A DNA stretch of 64,000 nucleotides. Source: Auanema rhodensis. Lineage: Eukaryota > Animalia > Nematoda. The notes below the pieces were generated by a model, which was given only the letters and a program-made list of their open reading frames with translations, was not told the DNA's origin and searched no databases. Every line of letters begins with the position of its first letter. Positions within the stretch are counted from its first letter, which is position 1. The translations under genes were made by a program, and so were the position numbers. Shown in pieces: positions 12,948 through 23,635 of this stretch. The stretch spans positions 10,540,001-10,604,000 of the forward strand of contig OZ059898.1 in assembly GCA_964057225.1 (NCBI GenBank), read 5' to 3'.

Positions 12948-13018
12948 TGCATCGGCCGGGAATCGAACCCGGGTCGCCCGCGTGGCAGGCGAGCATTCTA
13001 ACACTGAACCACCGATGC
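12948..13018 (-). tRNA. trnG-GCC: tRNA-Gly(GCC), G19T variant
   Basis: Same as 40-110. Confidence 0.8.
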
Positions 13019-14272
13019 TTCGAAAATGTTATATTGTTTCCGAAAAATTATGAAAAGTCAAGTTCTACTGATTTGAAGAGAATTGTAAGTTTTAGAAAAG
13101 AATTAAAGTTCAGCTATCTCTACTATTAACTGATTATCGGCTAAAATAAGGTAACAGTTTTTATTGAAAGTTTCCATGATTAAGATTAAACAAAGAAAAA
13201 AAATCAAAGAGAAACACTTCTTGTTTACTTATTTGATTATAATACTTGAAATTCCAAAAACAGTAGAATAAAATTGAGAAAGCGACAAAAACAGTTGAAC
13301 GATTTGAAGAGAATTGTAAGTTTTAGAAAATAATTAAAAATTAGTTCTCTCTACTATTAACTGATTGTCGGCTAAAATATGGTAACATTTTTTATAAAAA
13401 GTTTCCATGATTAGGATTAAACGAAAAAAAGAATCAAAAAGAAACACTTCTTGTTTACTTATTTGATTATAATACTTGAAATTCGAAAAAAAGTGAAAAA
13501 CAATTGAGAAAGCGACATAAACAGTTGAACGATTTGAAGAGAATTGTAAGTTTTAGAAAAGAATTAAAGTTCAGCTATCTGTACTATTAACTGATTATCG
13601 GCTAAAATAAGGTAACAGTTTTTATTGAAAGTTTCCATAATTAAGATTAAACAAAGAAAAAAAATCGAAGAGAAACACTTCTTGTTTACTTATTTGATTA
13701 TAATACTTGAAATTCTAAAAACAGTAGAATAAAATTGAGAAAGCGACAAAAACAGTTGAACGATTTGAAGAGAATTGTAAGTTTTAGAAAATAATTAAAA
13801 ATTAGTTCTCTCTACTATTAACTGATTGTCGGCTAAAATATGGTAACAGTTTTTATTAAAAGTTTCCATGACTAAGATTAAACAAAGAAAAAAAATCAAA
13901 GAGAAACACATCTTGTTTTCTAATTCGATTATAACAGTTGAAATTCCAACAAAAGTAAAGTAAAACTATTCAAGCGAGTAAGACTGTTGAACGATTTGAA
14001 GAGAATTGTAAGTATTAGAAAAAAATTAAAGTTTAGCTCTCTCTACTATTTAATGATTGTCGGCTAAAATATGGTAACAGTTTTTATTAAAAGTTTCCAT
14101 GACTAAGATTAAACAAAGAAAAAAAATCAAAGAGAAACACTTCTTGTTTCCTAATTTGATTATAACACTTGAAATTCCAACAAAAGTAAAGTAAAACTGT
14201 TAAAGCGAGTAAAACTGTTGAACTAAAACAGTCTTTATAAAATATAAATGATATTTTTTATAAAAATGAAGT

Positions 14273-14311
14273 TGCATCGGCCGGGAATCGAACCCGGGTC
14301 GCCCGCGTGGC
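14273..14311 (-). pseudogene. tRNA-Gly 3'-half pseudogene
   Basis: Same lesion as 6554-6592. Confidence 0.92.
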
Positions 14312-15615
14312 GACAATCACAAAAGTAAAGTAAAACTATTCAAGCGAGTGAAACTGTTGAACTAAAACAATTAGATTGTTTCCGAAAAATTATGAAAAGT
14401 CAAGTTCTACTGATTTGAAGAGAATTGTAAGTTTTAGAAAAGAATTAAAGGTCAGCTATCTCTACTATTAACTGATTATCGGCTAAAATATGGTAACAGT
14501 TTTTATTAAAAGTTTCCATGATTAAGATTAAACAAAGAAAAAAAATCAAAGAGAAACACTTCTTGTTTACTAATTTGATTATAATACTTGAAATTCCAAA
14601 AACAGTAGAATAAAATTGAGAAAGCGACAAAAACAGTTGAACGATTTGAAGAGAATTGTAAGTTTTAGAAAATAATTAAAAATTAGTTCTCTCTACTATT
14701 AACTGATTGTCGGCTAAAATATGGTAACATTTTTTATAAAAAGTTTCCATGATTAGGATTAAACAAAAAAAAAGAATCAAAAAGAAACACTTCTTGTTTA
14801 CTTATTTGATTATAATACTTGAAATTCGAAAAAAAGTGAAAAACAATTGAGAAAGCGACATAAACAGTTGAACGATTTGAAGAGAATTGTAAGTTTTAGA
14901 AAAGAATTAAAGTTCAGCTATCTGTACTATTAACTGATTATCGGCTAAAATAAGGTAACAGTTTTTATTGAAAGTTTCCATAATTAAGATTAAACAAAGA
15001 AAAAAAATCGAAGAGAAACACTTCTTGTTTACTTATTTGATTATAATACTTGAAATTCTAAAAACAGTAGAATAAAATTGAGAAAGCGACAAAAACAGTT
15101 GAACGATTTGAAGAGAATTGTAAGTTTTAGAAAATAATTAAAAATTAGTTCTCTCTACTATTAACTGATTGTCGGCTAAAATATGGTAACAGTTTTTATT
15201 AAAAGTTTCCATGACTAAGATTAAACAAAGAAAAAAAATCAAAGAGAAACACATCTTGTTTTCTAATTCGATTATAACAGTTGAAATTCCAACAAAAGTA
15301 AAGTAAAACTATTCAAGCGAGTAAGACTGTTGAACGATTTGAAGAGAATTGTAAGTATTAGAAAAAAATTAAAGTTTAGCTCTCTCTACTATTTAATGAT
15401 TGTCGGCTAAAATATGGTAACAGTTTTTATTAAAAGTTTCCATGACTAAGATTAAACAAAGAAAAAAAATCAAAGAGAAACACTTCTTGTTTCCTAATTT
15501 GATTATAACACTTGAAATTCCAACAAAAGTAAAGTAAAACTGTTAAAGCGAGTAAAACTGTTGAACTAAAACAGTCTTTATAAAATATAAATGATATTTT
15601 TTATAAAAATGAAGT

Positions 15616-15686
15616 TGCATCGGCCGGGAATCGAACCCGGGTCGCCCGCGTGGCAGGCGAGCATTCTACCACTGAACCACCGATGC
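15616..15686 (-). tRNA. trnG-GCC: tRNA-Gly(GCC)
   Basis: Majority sequence. Confidence 0.95.
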
Positions 15687-16711
15687 TTCGAAAATGTTAG
15701 ATTGTTTCCGAAAAATTATGAAAAGTCAAGTTCTACTGATTTGAAGAGAATTGTAAGTTTTAGAAAAGAATTAAAGTTCAGCTATCTCTACTATTAACTG
15801 ATTATCGGCTAAAATAAGGTAACAGTTTTTATTGAAAGTTTCCATGATTAAGATTAAACAAAGAAAAAAAATCAAAGAGAAACACTTCTTGTTTACTTAT
15901 TTGATTATAATACTTGAAATTCCAAAAACAGTAGAATAAAATTGAGAAAGCGACAAAAACAGTTGAACGATTTGAAGAGAATTGTAAGTTTTAGAAAATA
16001 ATTAAAAATTAGTTCTCTCTACTATTAACTGATTGTCGGCTAAAATATGGTAACATTTTTTATAAAAAGTTTCCATGATTAGGATTAAACAAAGAAAAAA
16101 AATCGAAGAGAAACACTTCTTGTTTACTTATTTGATTATAATACTTGAAATTCTAAAAACAGTAGAATAAAATTGAGAAAGCGACAAAAACAGTTGAACG
16201 ATTTGAAGAGAATTGTAAGTTTTAGAAAATAATTAAAAATTAGTTCTCTCTACTATTAACTGATTGTCGGCTAAAATAAGGTAACAGTTTTTATTGAAAG
16301 TTTCCATGATTAAGATTAAACAAAGAAAAAAAATCAAAGAGAAACACTTCTTGTTTACTTATTTGATTATAATACTTGAAATTCCAAAAACAGTAGAATA
16401 AAATAGAGAAAGCGACGAAAAAAGTTGAGCGATTTGAAGACAATTGTAAGTTTAAGAAAAAAAATAAAGTTTAGCTCTCTCTACTATTAACTGATTGTCG
16501 GCTAAAATATGGTAACAGTTTTTATTAAAAGTTTCCATGACTAAGATTAAACAAAGAAAAAAAATCAAAGAGAAACACTTCTTGTTTCCTAATTTGATTA
16601 TAACACTTGAAATTCCAACAAAAGTAAAGTAAAACTGTTAAAGCGAGTAAAACTGTTGAACTAAAACAGTCTTTATAAAATATAAATGATATTTTTTTAT
16701 AAAAATGAAGT

Positions 16712-16782
16712 TGCATCGGCCGGGAATCGAACCCGGGTCGCCCGCGTGGCAGGCGAGCATTCTACCACTGAACCACCGATGC
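16712..16782 (-). tRNA. trnG-GCC: tRNA-Gly(GCC)
   Basis: Majority sequence. Confidence 0.95.
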
Positions 16783-17345
16783 TTCGAAAATGTTAGATTG
16801 TTTCCGAAAAATTATGAAAAGTCAAGTTCTACTGATTTGAAGAGAATTGTAAGTTTTAGAAAAGAATTAAAGTTCAGCTATCTCTACTATTAACTGATTA
16901 TCGGCTAAAATAAGGTAACAGTTTTTATTGAAAGTTTCCATGATTAAGATTAAACAAAGAAAAAAAATCAAAGAGAAACACTTCTTGTTTACTTATTTGA
17001 TTATAATACTTGAAATTCCAAAAACAGTAGAATAAAATTGAGAAAGCGACAAAAACAGTTGAACGATTTGAAGAGAATTGTAAGTATTAGAAAAAAATTA
17101 AAGTTTAGCTCTCTCTACTATTAAATGATTGTCGGCTAAAATATGGTAACAGTTTTTATTAAAAGTTTCCATGATTAAGATTAAACAAAGAAAAAAAATC
17201 AAAGAGAAACACTTCTTGTTTCCTAATTTGATTATAACAGTTGAAATTCCAACAAAAGTAAAGTAAAACTGTTAAAGCGAGTAAAACTGTCGAACTAAAA
17301 CAGTCTTTATAAAATATAAATGATATTTTTTTATAAAAATGAAGT

Positions 17346-17416
17346 TGCATCGGCCGGGAATCGAACCCGGGTCGCCCGCGTGGCAGGCGAGCATTCTACC
17401 ACTGAACCACCGATGC
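17346..17416 (-). tRNA. trnG-GCC: tRNA-Gly(GCC)
   Basis: Majority sequence. Confidence 0.95.
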
Positions 17417-18210
17417 TTCGAAAATGTTAGATTGTTTCCGAAAAATTATGAAAAGTCAAGTTCTACTGATTTGAAGAGAATTGTAAGTTTTAGAAAAGAA
17501 TTAAAGTTCAGCTATCTCTACTATTAACTGATTATCGGCTAAAATAAGGTAACAGTTTTTATTGAAAGTTTCCATGAATAAGATTAAACAAAGAAAAAAA
17601 ATCAAAGAGAAACACTTCTTGTTTACTTATTTGATTATAATACTTGAAATTCCAAAAACAGAAGAATAAAATTGAGAAAGCGACAAAAACAGTTGAACGA
17701 TTTGAAGAGAATTGTAAGTATTAGAAAAAAATTAAAGTTTAGCTCTCTCTACTATTTAATGATTGTCGGCTAAAATATGGTAACAGTTTTTATTAAAAGT
17801 TTCCATGATTAAGATTAAACAAAGAAAAAAAATCAAAGAGAAACACTTCTTGTTTTCTAATTTGATTATAACACTTGAAATTCCAACAAAAGTAAAGTAA
17901 AACTATTCAAGCGAGTAAAACTGTTGAACGATTTGAAGACAATTGTAAGTTTTAGAAAAGAATTAAAGTTCAGCTATCTCTACTATTAACTGATTATCGG
18001 CTAAAATAAGGTAACAGTTTTTATTGAAAGTTTCCATGATTAAGATTAAACAAAGAAAAAAAATCAAAGAGAAACACTTCTTGTTTACTTATTTGATTAT
18101 AATACTTGAAATTCCAAAAACAGTAGAATAAAATTGAGAAAGCGACAAAAACAGTTGAACTAAAACAGTCTTTATAAAATATAAATGATATTTTTTTATA
18201 AAAATGAAGT

Positions 18211-18281
18211 TGCATCGGCCGGGAATCGAACCCGGGTCGCCCGCGTGGCAGGCGAGCATTCTACCACTGAACCACCGATGC
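18211..18281 (-). tRNA. trnG-GCC: tRNA-Gly(GCC)
   Basis: Majority sequence. Confidence 0.95.
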
Positions 18282-18614
18282 TTCGAAAATGTTAGATTGT
18301 TTCCGAAAAATTATGAAAAAGTCAAGTTCTACTGATTTGAAGACAATTGTAAGTTTTAGAGAACAATCAAAGTTTAGTTTTCTCTACTATTAACTGATTG
18401 TCGGCTAAAATATGGTAACAGTTTATGTTAAAAGTCTCCATGATTAAGATTAAACAAAGAAAAAAAATCAAAGAGAAACACTTCTTGTTTACTAATTTGA
18501 TTATAACACTTGAAAATCCAACAAAAGTAAAGTGAAACTGTAAAAGCGACTAAAACTGTTGAATTAAAACAGTCTTTATAAAATATAAATGATATTTTTT
18601 TATAAAAATGAAGT

Positions 18615-18685
18615 TGCATCGGCCGGGAATCGAACCCGGGTCGCCCGCGTGGCAGGCGAGCATTCTACCACTGAACCACCGATGC
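18615..18685 (-). tRNA. trnG-GCC: tRNA-Gly(GCC)
   Basis: Majority sequence. Confidence 0.95.
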
Positions 18686-18975
18686 TTCGAAAATGTTAGA
18701 TTGTTTCCGAAAAATTATGAAAAAGTCAAGTTCTACTGATTTGAAGACAATTGTAAGTTTTAGAGAACAATTAAAGTTTAGTTTTCTCTACTATTAACTG
18801 ATTGTCGGCTAAAATATAGTAACAGTTTTTATCAAAAGTTTCCATGATTAGGATTAAACAAAGAAAAAAGAATCAAAAAGAAACACTTCTTGTTTACTAA
18901 TTCTATCATAATACTTGAAATTCCAACAAAAGTAAAGTGAAACTGTAAAAGCGACTAAAACTGTTGAATTAAAAC

Positions 18976-20612
18976 GTCTACGTCTGAAAGTTCCCGTTCT
19001 GAGCACAGTGTAGTAACTGCATTTTATTCGTACGACTAATGTCTGTAAAATAAAAATGCAGGAAAATGTATGTGTACCAATAGGTCATTAACAAGAAATT
19101 GACAAAATATGATAAACAAATTATATAAATAATCAATGAGCTTATGGAAAAAAAAGAAAGAAAAACAAGCTAATTGTTCTACAAAGACAAAATAAGAAAA
19201 AACTAAACAGGGAACATAAATGTGTTCAAGGCTTTCCGAAAAGCAGACAAATCATTGATACCAATTAGAATAGGATTGAGTGCATTCCAGATTTTGATTT
19301 GCCGGTTCTCAAAGCTTGAAAGGGCAGCTACAGTTTTGTAATCCGGCGGCATCAGTATAAACTCATGTTGACGAAGAATATAGTTATGATCTTTCGATCT
19401 AAGCACGGACTCATTAAGAATAGAGCCATTCTTTATAATTTTGAAATATTGGCATAAATCAGCTATAGTGTGTCTCGTTTCTAAACGCCTGCCTTGAAGG
19501 TGTTTGAGTTTATTATCATATCCGTGGATATCCATGGACGATCGAAAAATAATAGCATTAACATACCGTTTCTGAACATTTTCAACAAGTTGAATATCTT
19601 TTAGCAAAAACGGTGACCAGACTTCGGAAGCATATTCAAGAATAGGCCTAACGTAACAGGTGAACAATCTGAATAAGAGTTTGGGACAGGAAGAATTAAA
19701 ACAAGAATAAGCTTACAGCGTTTTGACGCCATGGAAGTGATGGAGTGAATATGGGGGCGGAAAGATAAGTTTTTATCTATGATAACACCGAGGTCTTTGA
19801 AATTATCAACAATTTCAAGAGGAACATCATATAGTAAAAACTGGCAATGAGAGTTATCATTACCGAGAATCATAATCTTCGATTTCTTGACATTAACTAC
19901 CATGTCATTGAAATTGCACCATAGAGAAAGAATGTGGAGAGAGCATTGTAAACTTTGATTTGATGAGGCAAAAAGTTTAATGTCATCAGCATAGGCAACA
20001 GCCTCAGTGTCACGATGAAAAGAGGAAATGAGATCGTTGATATATAACAAAAAAAGTAGTGGTCCAAGAATTGTACCTTGAGGGACACCACACTCAATAA
20101 CTTTGGGTTCAGACAAGGCATCTTCAAGAACAACTTCAAAAGAACGGTTGGAAAGAAAGTCTTCAAGAAAAAGAACAAGAGATCCTGATATTCCGAAGCT
20201 GTTCAATTTGCTGATCAGAATTCGATGATTAATTTTATCAAAAGCTTTGGAAAAATCAATAAAAGCTACAGAAACATCCTTACGATATTCTTTAGCGATT
20301 CTCCACTGCGAGTGAGCTTTGAGAAGCGCAGTGCTAGTGCTACGCCCAGGTAAAAAGCCATGTTGAGATGGTGAAATTAGCTTATTATCAAGTAAATGCT
20401 TGAGAATGTCTTTTCTGATAATGCGCTCAAACACTTTGGAGAGACAAGATGTGAGAGAAATGGGTCTATAGTTCTTAGGGTCATTTGAACATCCTGATTT
20501 ATAAATAGGTTTGACCCATGCAGACTTCCAGCTTTTAGGACAGACCCCAAAGGATAAAAAACCATTTAAAAAAAATGTCAAAGGACGTACTATAGAAATC
20601 GCACACTTATTA
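18976..20612 (-). mobile_element. 5'-truncated non-LTR retrotransposon (CR1/L2-like LINE) with putative 3' UTR
   Basis: RT ORF on the minus strand, no endonuclease domain present, T-rich 3' UTR 18976-19202; ends abut satellite and integrase with no TSD; boundaries approximate. Confidence 0.88.
19203..20612 (-). pseudogene. LINE ORF2 reverse transcriptase domain and C-terminus, frameshifted near 19701
   Basis: Motifs WKSAWVKPIYKSG, NYRPISLTS, QHGF, FIDFSKAFDKINH, GVPQGTILGPLLFLLYINDL, YADD, KDLGVIID; after RCKLIL the frame shifts into FNSSCPKLLFRLFTCYVRPILEYASEVWSP...ENVQKR, typical of CR1/L2-clade C-termini. Confidence 0.92.
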
Positions 20613-21169
20613 ATGGTGGAGCGAGCAAATAGAACTTTAAAAACACGCATGATGAAATATCTCTATTACAAGAATAATCATCGTTGGATTGATATCCTAG
20701 ATGATTTGGTTGAAGGAATAAACAAATCTTATAACCGCTTCATGAAAATGCGGCCCATTGATGTTAAAGCAAATATATTCATTGAAGCATATGCACCAGC
20801 TGTTAAAAGCCGAAGTTAAAACCAGCTGTTAAAAGCTTTAAAATTGGTGATACTGTTCGCATAAGCAAAAATAGGCGTACTTTTGAAAAAAGCTACGAGT
20901 CTGGATATACAATGGAGCTGTTCACAATTGATGAGGTTGTAACCGGAAACCCAACCGTGTATAAACTTGTAGATTATAATGGTGAACGTATAAAGGGAAT
21001 ATTCTACGAACCTGAACTTGTCTTGGCTACTAATAAAAGCAACCAGTACTATATAGAAAAAGTTTTAAAAGAGCGTACTCGAAGCGGTAAACGTCAAGTA
21101 TTTGTAAAATGGAGTGGATATCCCGACAACTTTAATGAATGGATAGATGCAGAAAATTTAAATGTATAA
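20613..21169 (+). pseudogene. Maverick/Polinton retroviral-like integrase, C-terminal half with chromodomain; N-terminus lost, frameshifted
   Basis: MVERANRTLKTRM...RWIDILDDLVEGINKSYNRFMKMRPIDV (contains the E of DDE), then FKIGDTVRISKNRRTFEKSY...YKLVDYNGERIKGIFYEPEL, then chromodomain YYIEKVLKER...VFVKWSGYPDNFNEWID; removing a 26-bp insertion at about 20811-20836 joins the two ORFs in frame. Confidence 0.88.
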
Positions 21170-21463
21170 TTTTTCAATGTTATAAACAATTGTAATTATA
21201 ATAAATGATTTATTTGATATATCGCATAATGTAACAATAAAAAACCAGCAAAATACAAACAACAATTCAACCTGCAAAAAAAAAATGTAGACTATTCAAA
21301 TTTTCAAATTCTTACCAGTTGGTTGATCATTCGTCCTCAATTGATGAGCCATTGATGGATATTCGCAAGAGCTGGAAAAAAAAATGTTACGGCTGAGAAT
21401 ATAAAAATGCCACATAACAAAACAAGAATAAAACGCCAATTGTACTATTTGTGCTTGTTGTAG

Positions 21464-22048
21464 TCAAAATGAAGGATCAAAGCGGATAAACATGTTCAGG
21501 TTGAGTGCTTCAGGACTTAGTTTAAAGTAGAATACATTCTGCTTATAACCAAAAGTCTTTACAGTAGCCTCATCTGCATATATAACAATATAGCCCATAT
21601 TGTTCAACAATTGTTTGCACGTCATGGTGTTATAAGAGCGCATCTAAAAAAATTATAAAATTGAAAATAAATAAATATGCAAGCTTACATTAATAGAAAA
21701 GTTTTCGGGCTTATAGTGACGAAACTCCTTCAAAAGACCCAATGCATCATTCCTTCCTCTACACTTTATACAGAGGCTGAAACAGTGATACTCGTCTATA
21801 ACCTGCAATGATTCCCTACAAGTTTTGCAGAGACAAATTGGTCTCATTAATACACTCCTTGGTGGAGTGCTCTCTCTCAGAATCTCCATCTGCTTTATTG
21901 GTGAATCTAAATTAAAGATTTAAAAAATACAAGTTAAGGTTCATACCAAAACTTGTAAAATTTGGAGCTGGTGTGGATGTTGAGTGCTTCTGGACTTAGT
22001 TTAAAGTAAAGTGTAGTGTGTCACATCAGCAAGTACAGCACGCTTCAT
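21464..22048 (-). CDS. Predicted 4-exon gene, about 150 aa, with CxxC...CxxC motif; unknown function, probably Maverick accessory or cargo
   Basis: Exons 22048-22037, 21989-21947, 21906-21689, 21643-21464; GT-AG introns of 47, 40 and 45 nt with matching phases and no internal stop; first exon and last exon uncertain. Confidence 0.55.
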
Positions 22049-22871
22049 TTCCGCTAAAGATCCAACTTTCTAAAATATAAGGCAAACTTGCAGAGAGGAG
22101 CAGTCTATGGCGATTGGCAAAGAGTGGCAGGAGATGGTGAAACGTCGGATCCTCGGATAGTTGGCAGAGCTGAAATGTAAATGTAGCAAAATTGCCAACC
22201 TTTTATACAAAGATTTTTGTAAAGTACAACCCATTGTGTTACAATCAAGTTTGCTGATGAAATTCTCTTATTAATTAGATTTTACAGCATATTTATGCAG
22301 ATATACTCATCTTATCGACAGTTGCCAGCAGTTGGCGCACTCTGAACCTGTAAACAATCTGCATATTAATTAGTTTTTACATCTCTTTAAACATTATTGT
22401 TTACCGTTTGTGCCATAAACAACAGCCATCTCTGTAAAACATTTACGCTTTTTAAACTTTAATTAATAGCTCATATTTTTTTCATAGTATACTTTTACAC
22501 CCATATTGTAGCACAAAACATATGACTGCCAACGTTTTATATGTGAAAAAAATTTCATTCTTTAATATTTAATAATGATTATATTACGAAACTAAAACTT
22601 TTGAAATGTTAAAATGATTATACTATATTCAAACCCCCACAGTGCAGTTATTACTGTTTATTAACCATCGATATGCGTGGCGTTGAGGTCAGCGCAACTG
22701 TTTCTTAATCTTATTGTATTTACCTTCAATGTGTGCTCTATTTAGTTATTGTATTGTTATATTAGTAAAATAAAGTTTAAAACTATTCTTTTATTATAAT
22801 TTGAAACCTTTACTTGTTAGAATAAATATAATTAATAACAATTTGTAATTTCAAAAATTAATAATTTAATG

Positions 22872-23026
22872 TCGTTCTTATCGAATTAACCTTCGATATG
22901 TGTTCCATTAAATTTTGGTATTTCATATCGTTCTTATCGAATTAACCTTCGATATGTGTTCCATTGAATTTTGGTATTTCATATCGTTCTTATCGAATTA
23001 ACTTTCGATATGTGTTCCATTGAATT
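22872..23026. repeat. 56-bp tandem repeat inside the TIR (about 2.7 copies; also at about 24952-25140, 26342-26497, 27242-27397)
   Basis: TCGTTCTTATCGAATTAACCTTCGATATGTGTTCCATT... starts at 22872, 22928, 22984. Confidence 0.9.
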
Positions 23027-23483
23027 ACCCATAACAAGTACGGTGAACAAAATTATCTACATGCAAAAATTTTATTGATCTTTAAAAATACAAATAAAAT
23101 AGTACAAACACAATACAATAAAAAATAAACAAAATAAGTAAACAAACATTATTAATAAATATAATAAATGAACAAAGTAATAAAATTTTAAAACAAATTA
23201 ATATATTTAAAATTTAAATATAATTTATATATATAAAGGTTAAATATAATTTAAATATTTAAAATTTAAATATAATTTATAAATATAAAATTTAAATATA
23301 ATTTAAATATTTAAAATTTAGATTTTTTTTTTCACTTAATATATATAAAAATTAATTAAAAATATATAATTATATATATACATTTAAAAAAGCATATTTA
23401 AATTTGATTTTAAAAAAAAATTTAAATCATGCTTTAAATCATGATTTTTAAATTTAAAAAAGGAGAATCCATGAACCATGATC

Positions 23484-23603
23484 CCAAAATATGATTTTAA
23501 CAGCTGACGCTCAAAAATATGTTTTTGACAGCTGACGCGCCCCAAAAGTATGTTTTTAGCAGCTGACGCCCCCAAAAGTATGTTTTTGACAGCTGTTTGG
23601 GGG
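23484..23603. repeat. Subterminal 29-31 bp repeats, each with palindromic CAGCTG (4 per terminus, in all five termini)
   Basis: AAAAGTATGTTTTTGACAGCTGACGC(G)CCCC-type units directly inside each terminus. Confidence 0.88.
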
Positions 23604-23635
23604 CATGGTTAGTAAATTTTGCACGGCTCTCTACT

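Larger units (their letters stand above)
8225..15997. repeat. 3945-bp tandem duplication (about 2 copies)
   Basis: Landmark pairs 8360/12305, 9003/12948, 10328/14273 and 11671/15616 all differ by 3945; boundaries approximate. Confidence 0.9.
1..18975 (-). repeat. 231-bp satellite array (left arm) with interspersed tRNA-Gly cassettes; runs off the window start
   Basis: Motif GATTTGAAGAGAATTGTAAG recurs at 162, 393, 624, 855, 1086 (period 231); tRNA-bearing units are 403 bp (231+172); similarity ends at ...GAATTAAAAC 18975. Confidence 0.97.
22554..23635 (-). mobile_element. Maverick/Polinton-type terminal inverted repeat T1 (terminus at 23635)
   Basis: Ends ...GCACGGCTCTCTACT (5'-AGTAGAGAG on the minus strand, fitting the 5'-AG..CT-3' simple-repeat ends of Polintons); inverted copy of 26581-27714. 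Confidence 0.8.

Noticed and set aside
162-18975. Conserved-block / variable-block alternation resembling a CRISPR array
   Set aside because: The variable blocks are homologous variants of one sequence rather than unique spacers, the period is 231 bp, there are no cas genes and the context is eukaryotic.
19897-20612. ORFs 19897-20178, 20377-20565 and the N-terminal part of 20511-20819
   Set aside because: Alternate-frame or antisense shadows of the LINE RT. The first residues of ORF 19601-20650 are likewise antisense integrase, so there is no real RT-integrase fusion.
23022-23032. AATTACCCA resembling part of the nematode SL1 leader
   Set aside because: Only 9 nt match, with no adjacent splice donor or Sm site; it is part of the TIR.
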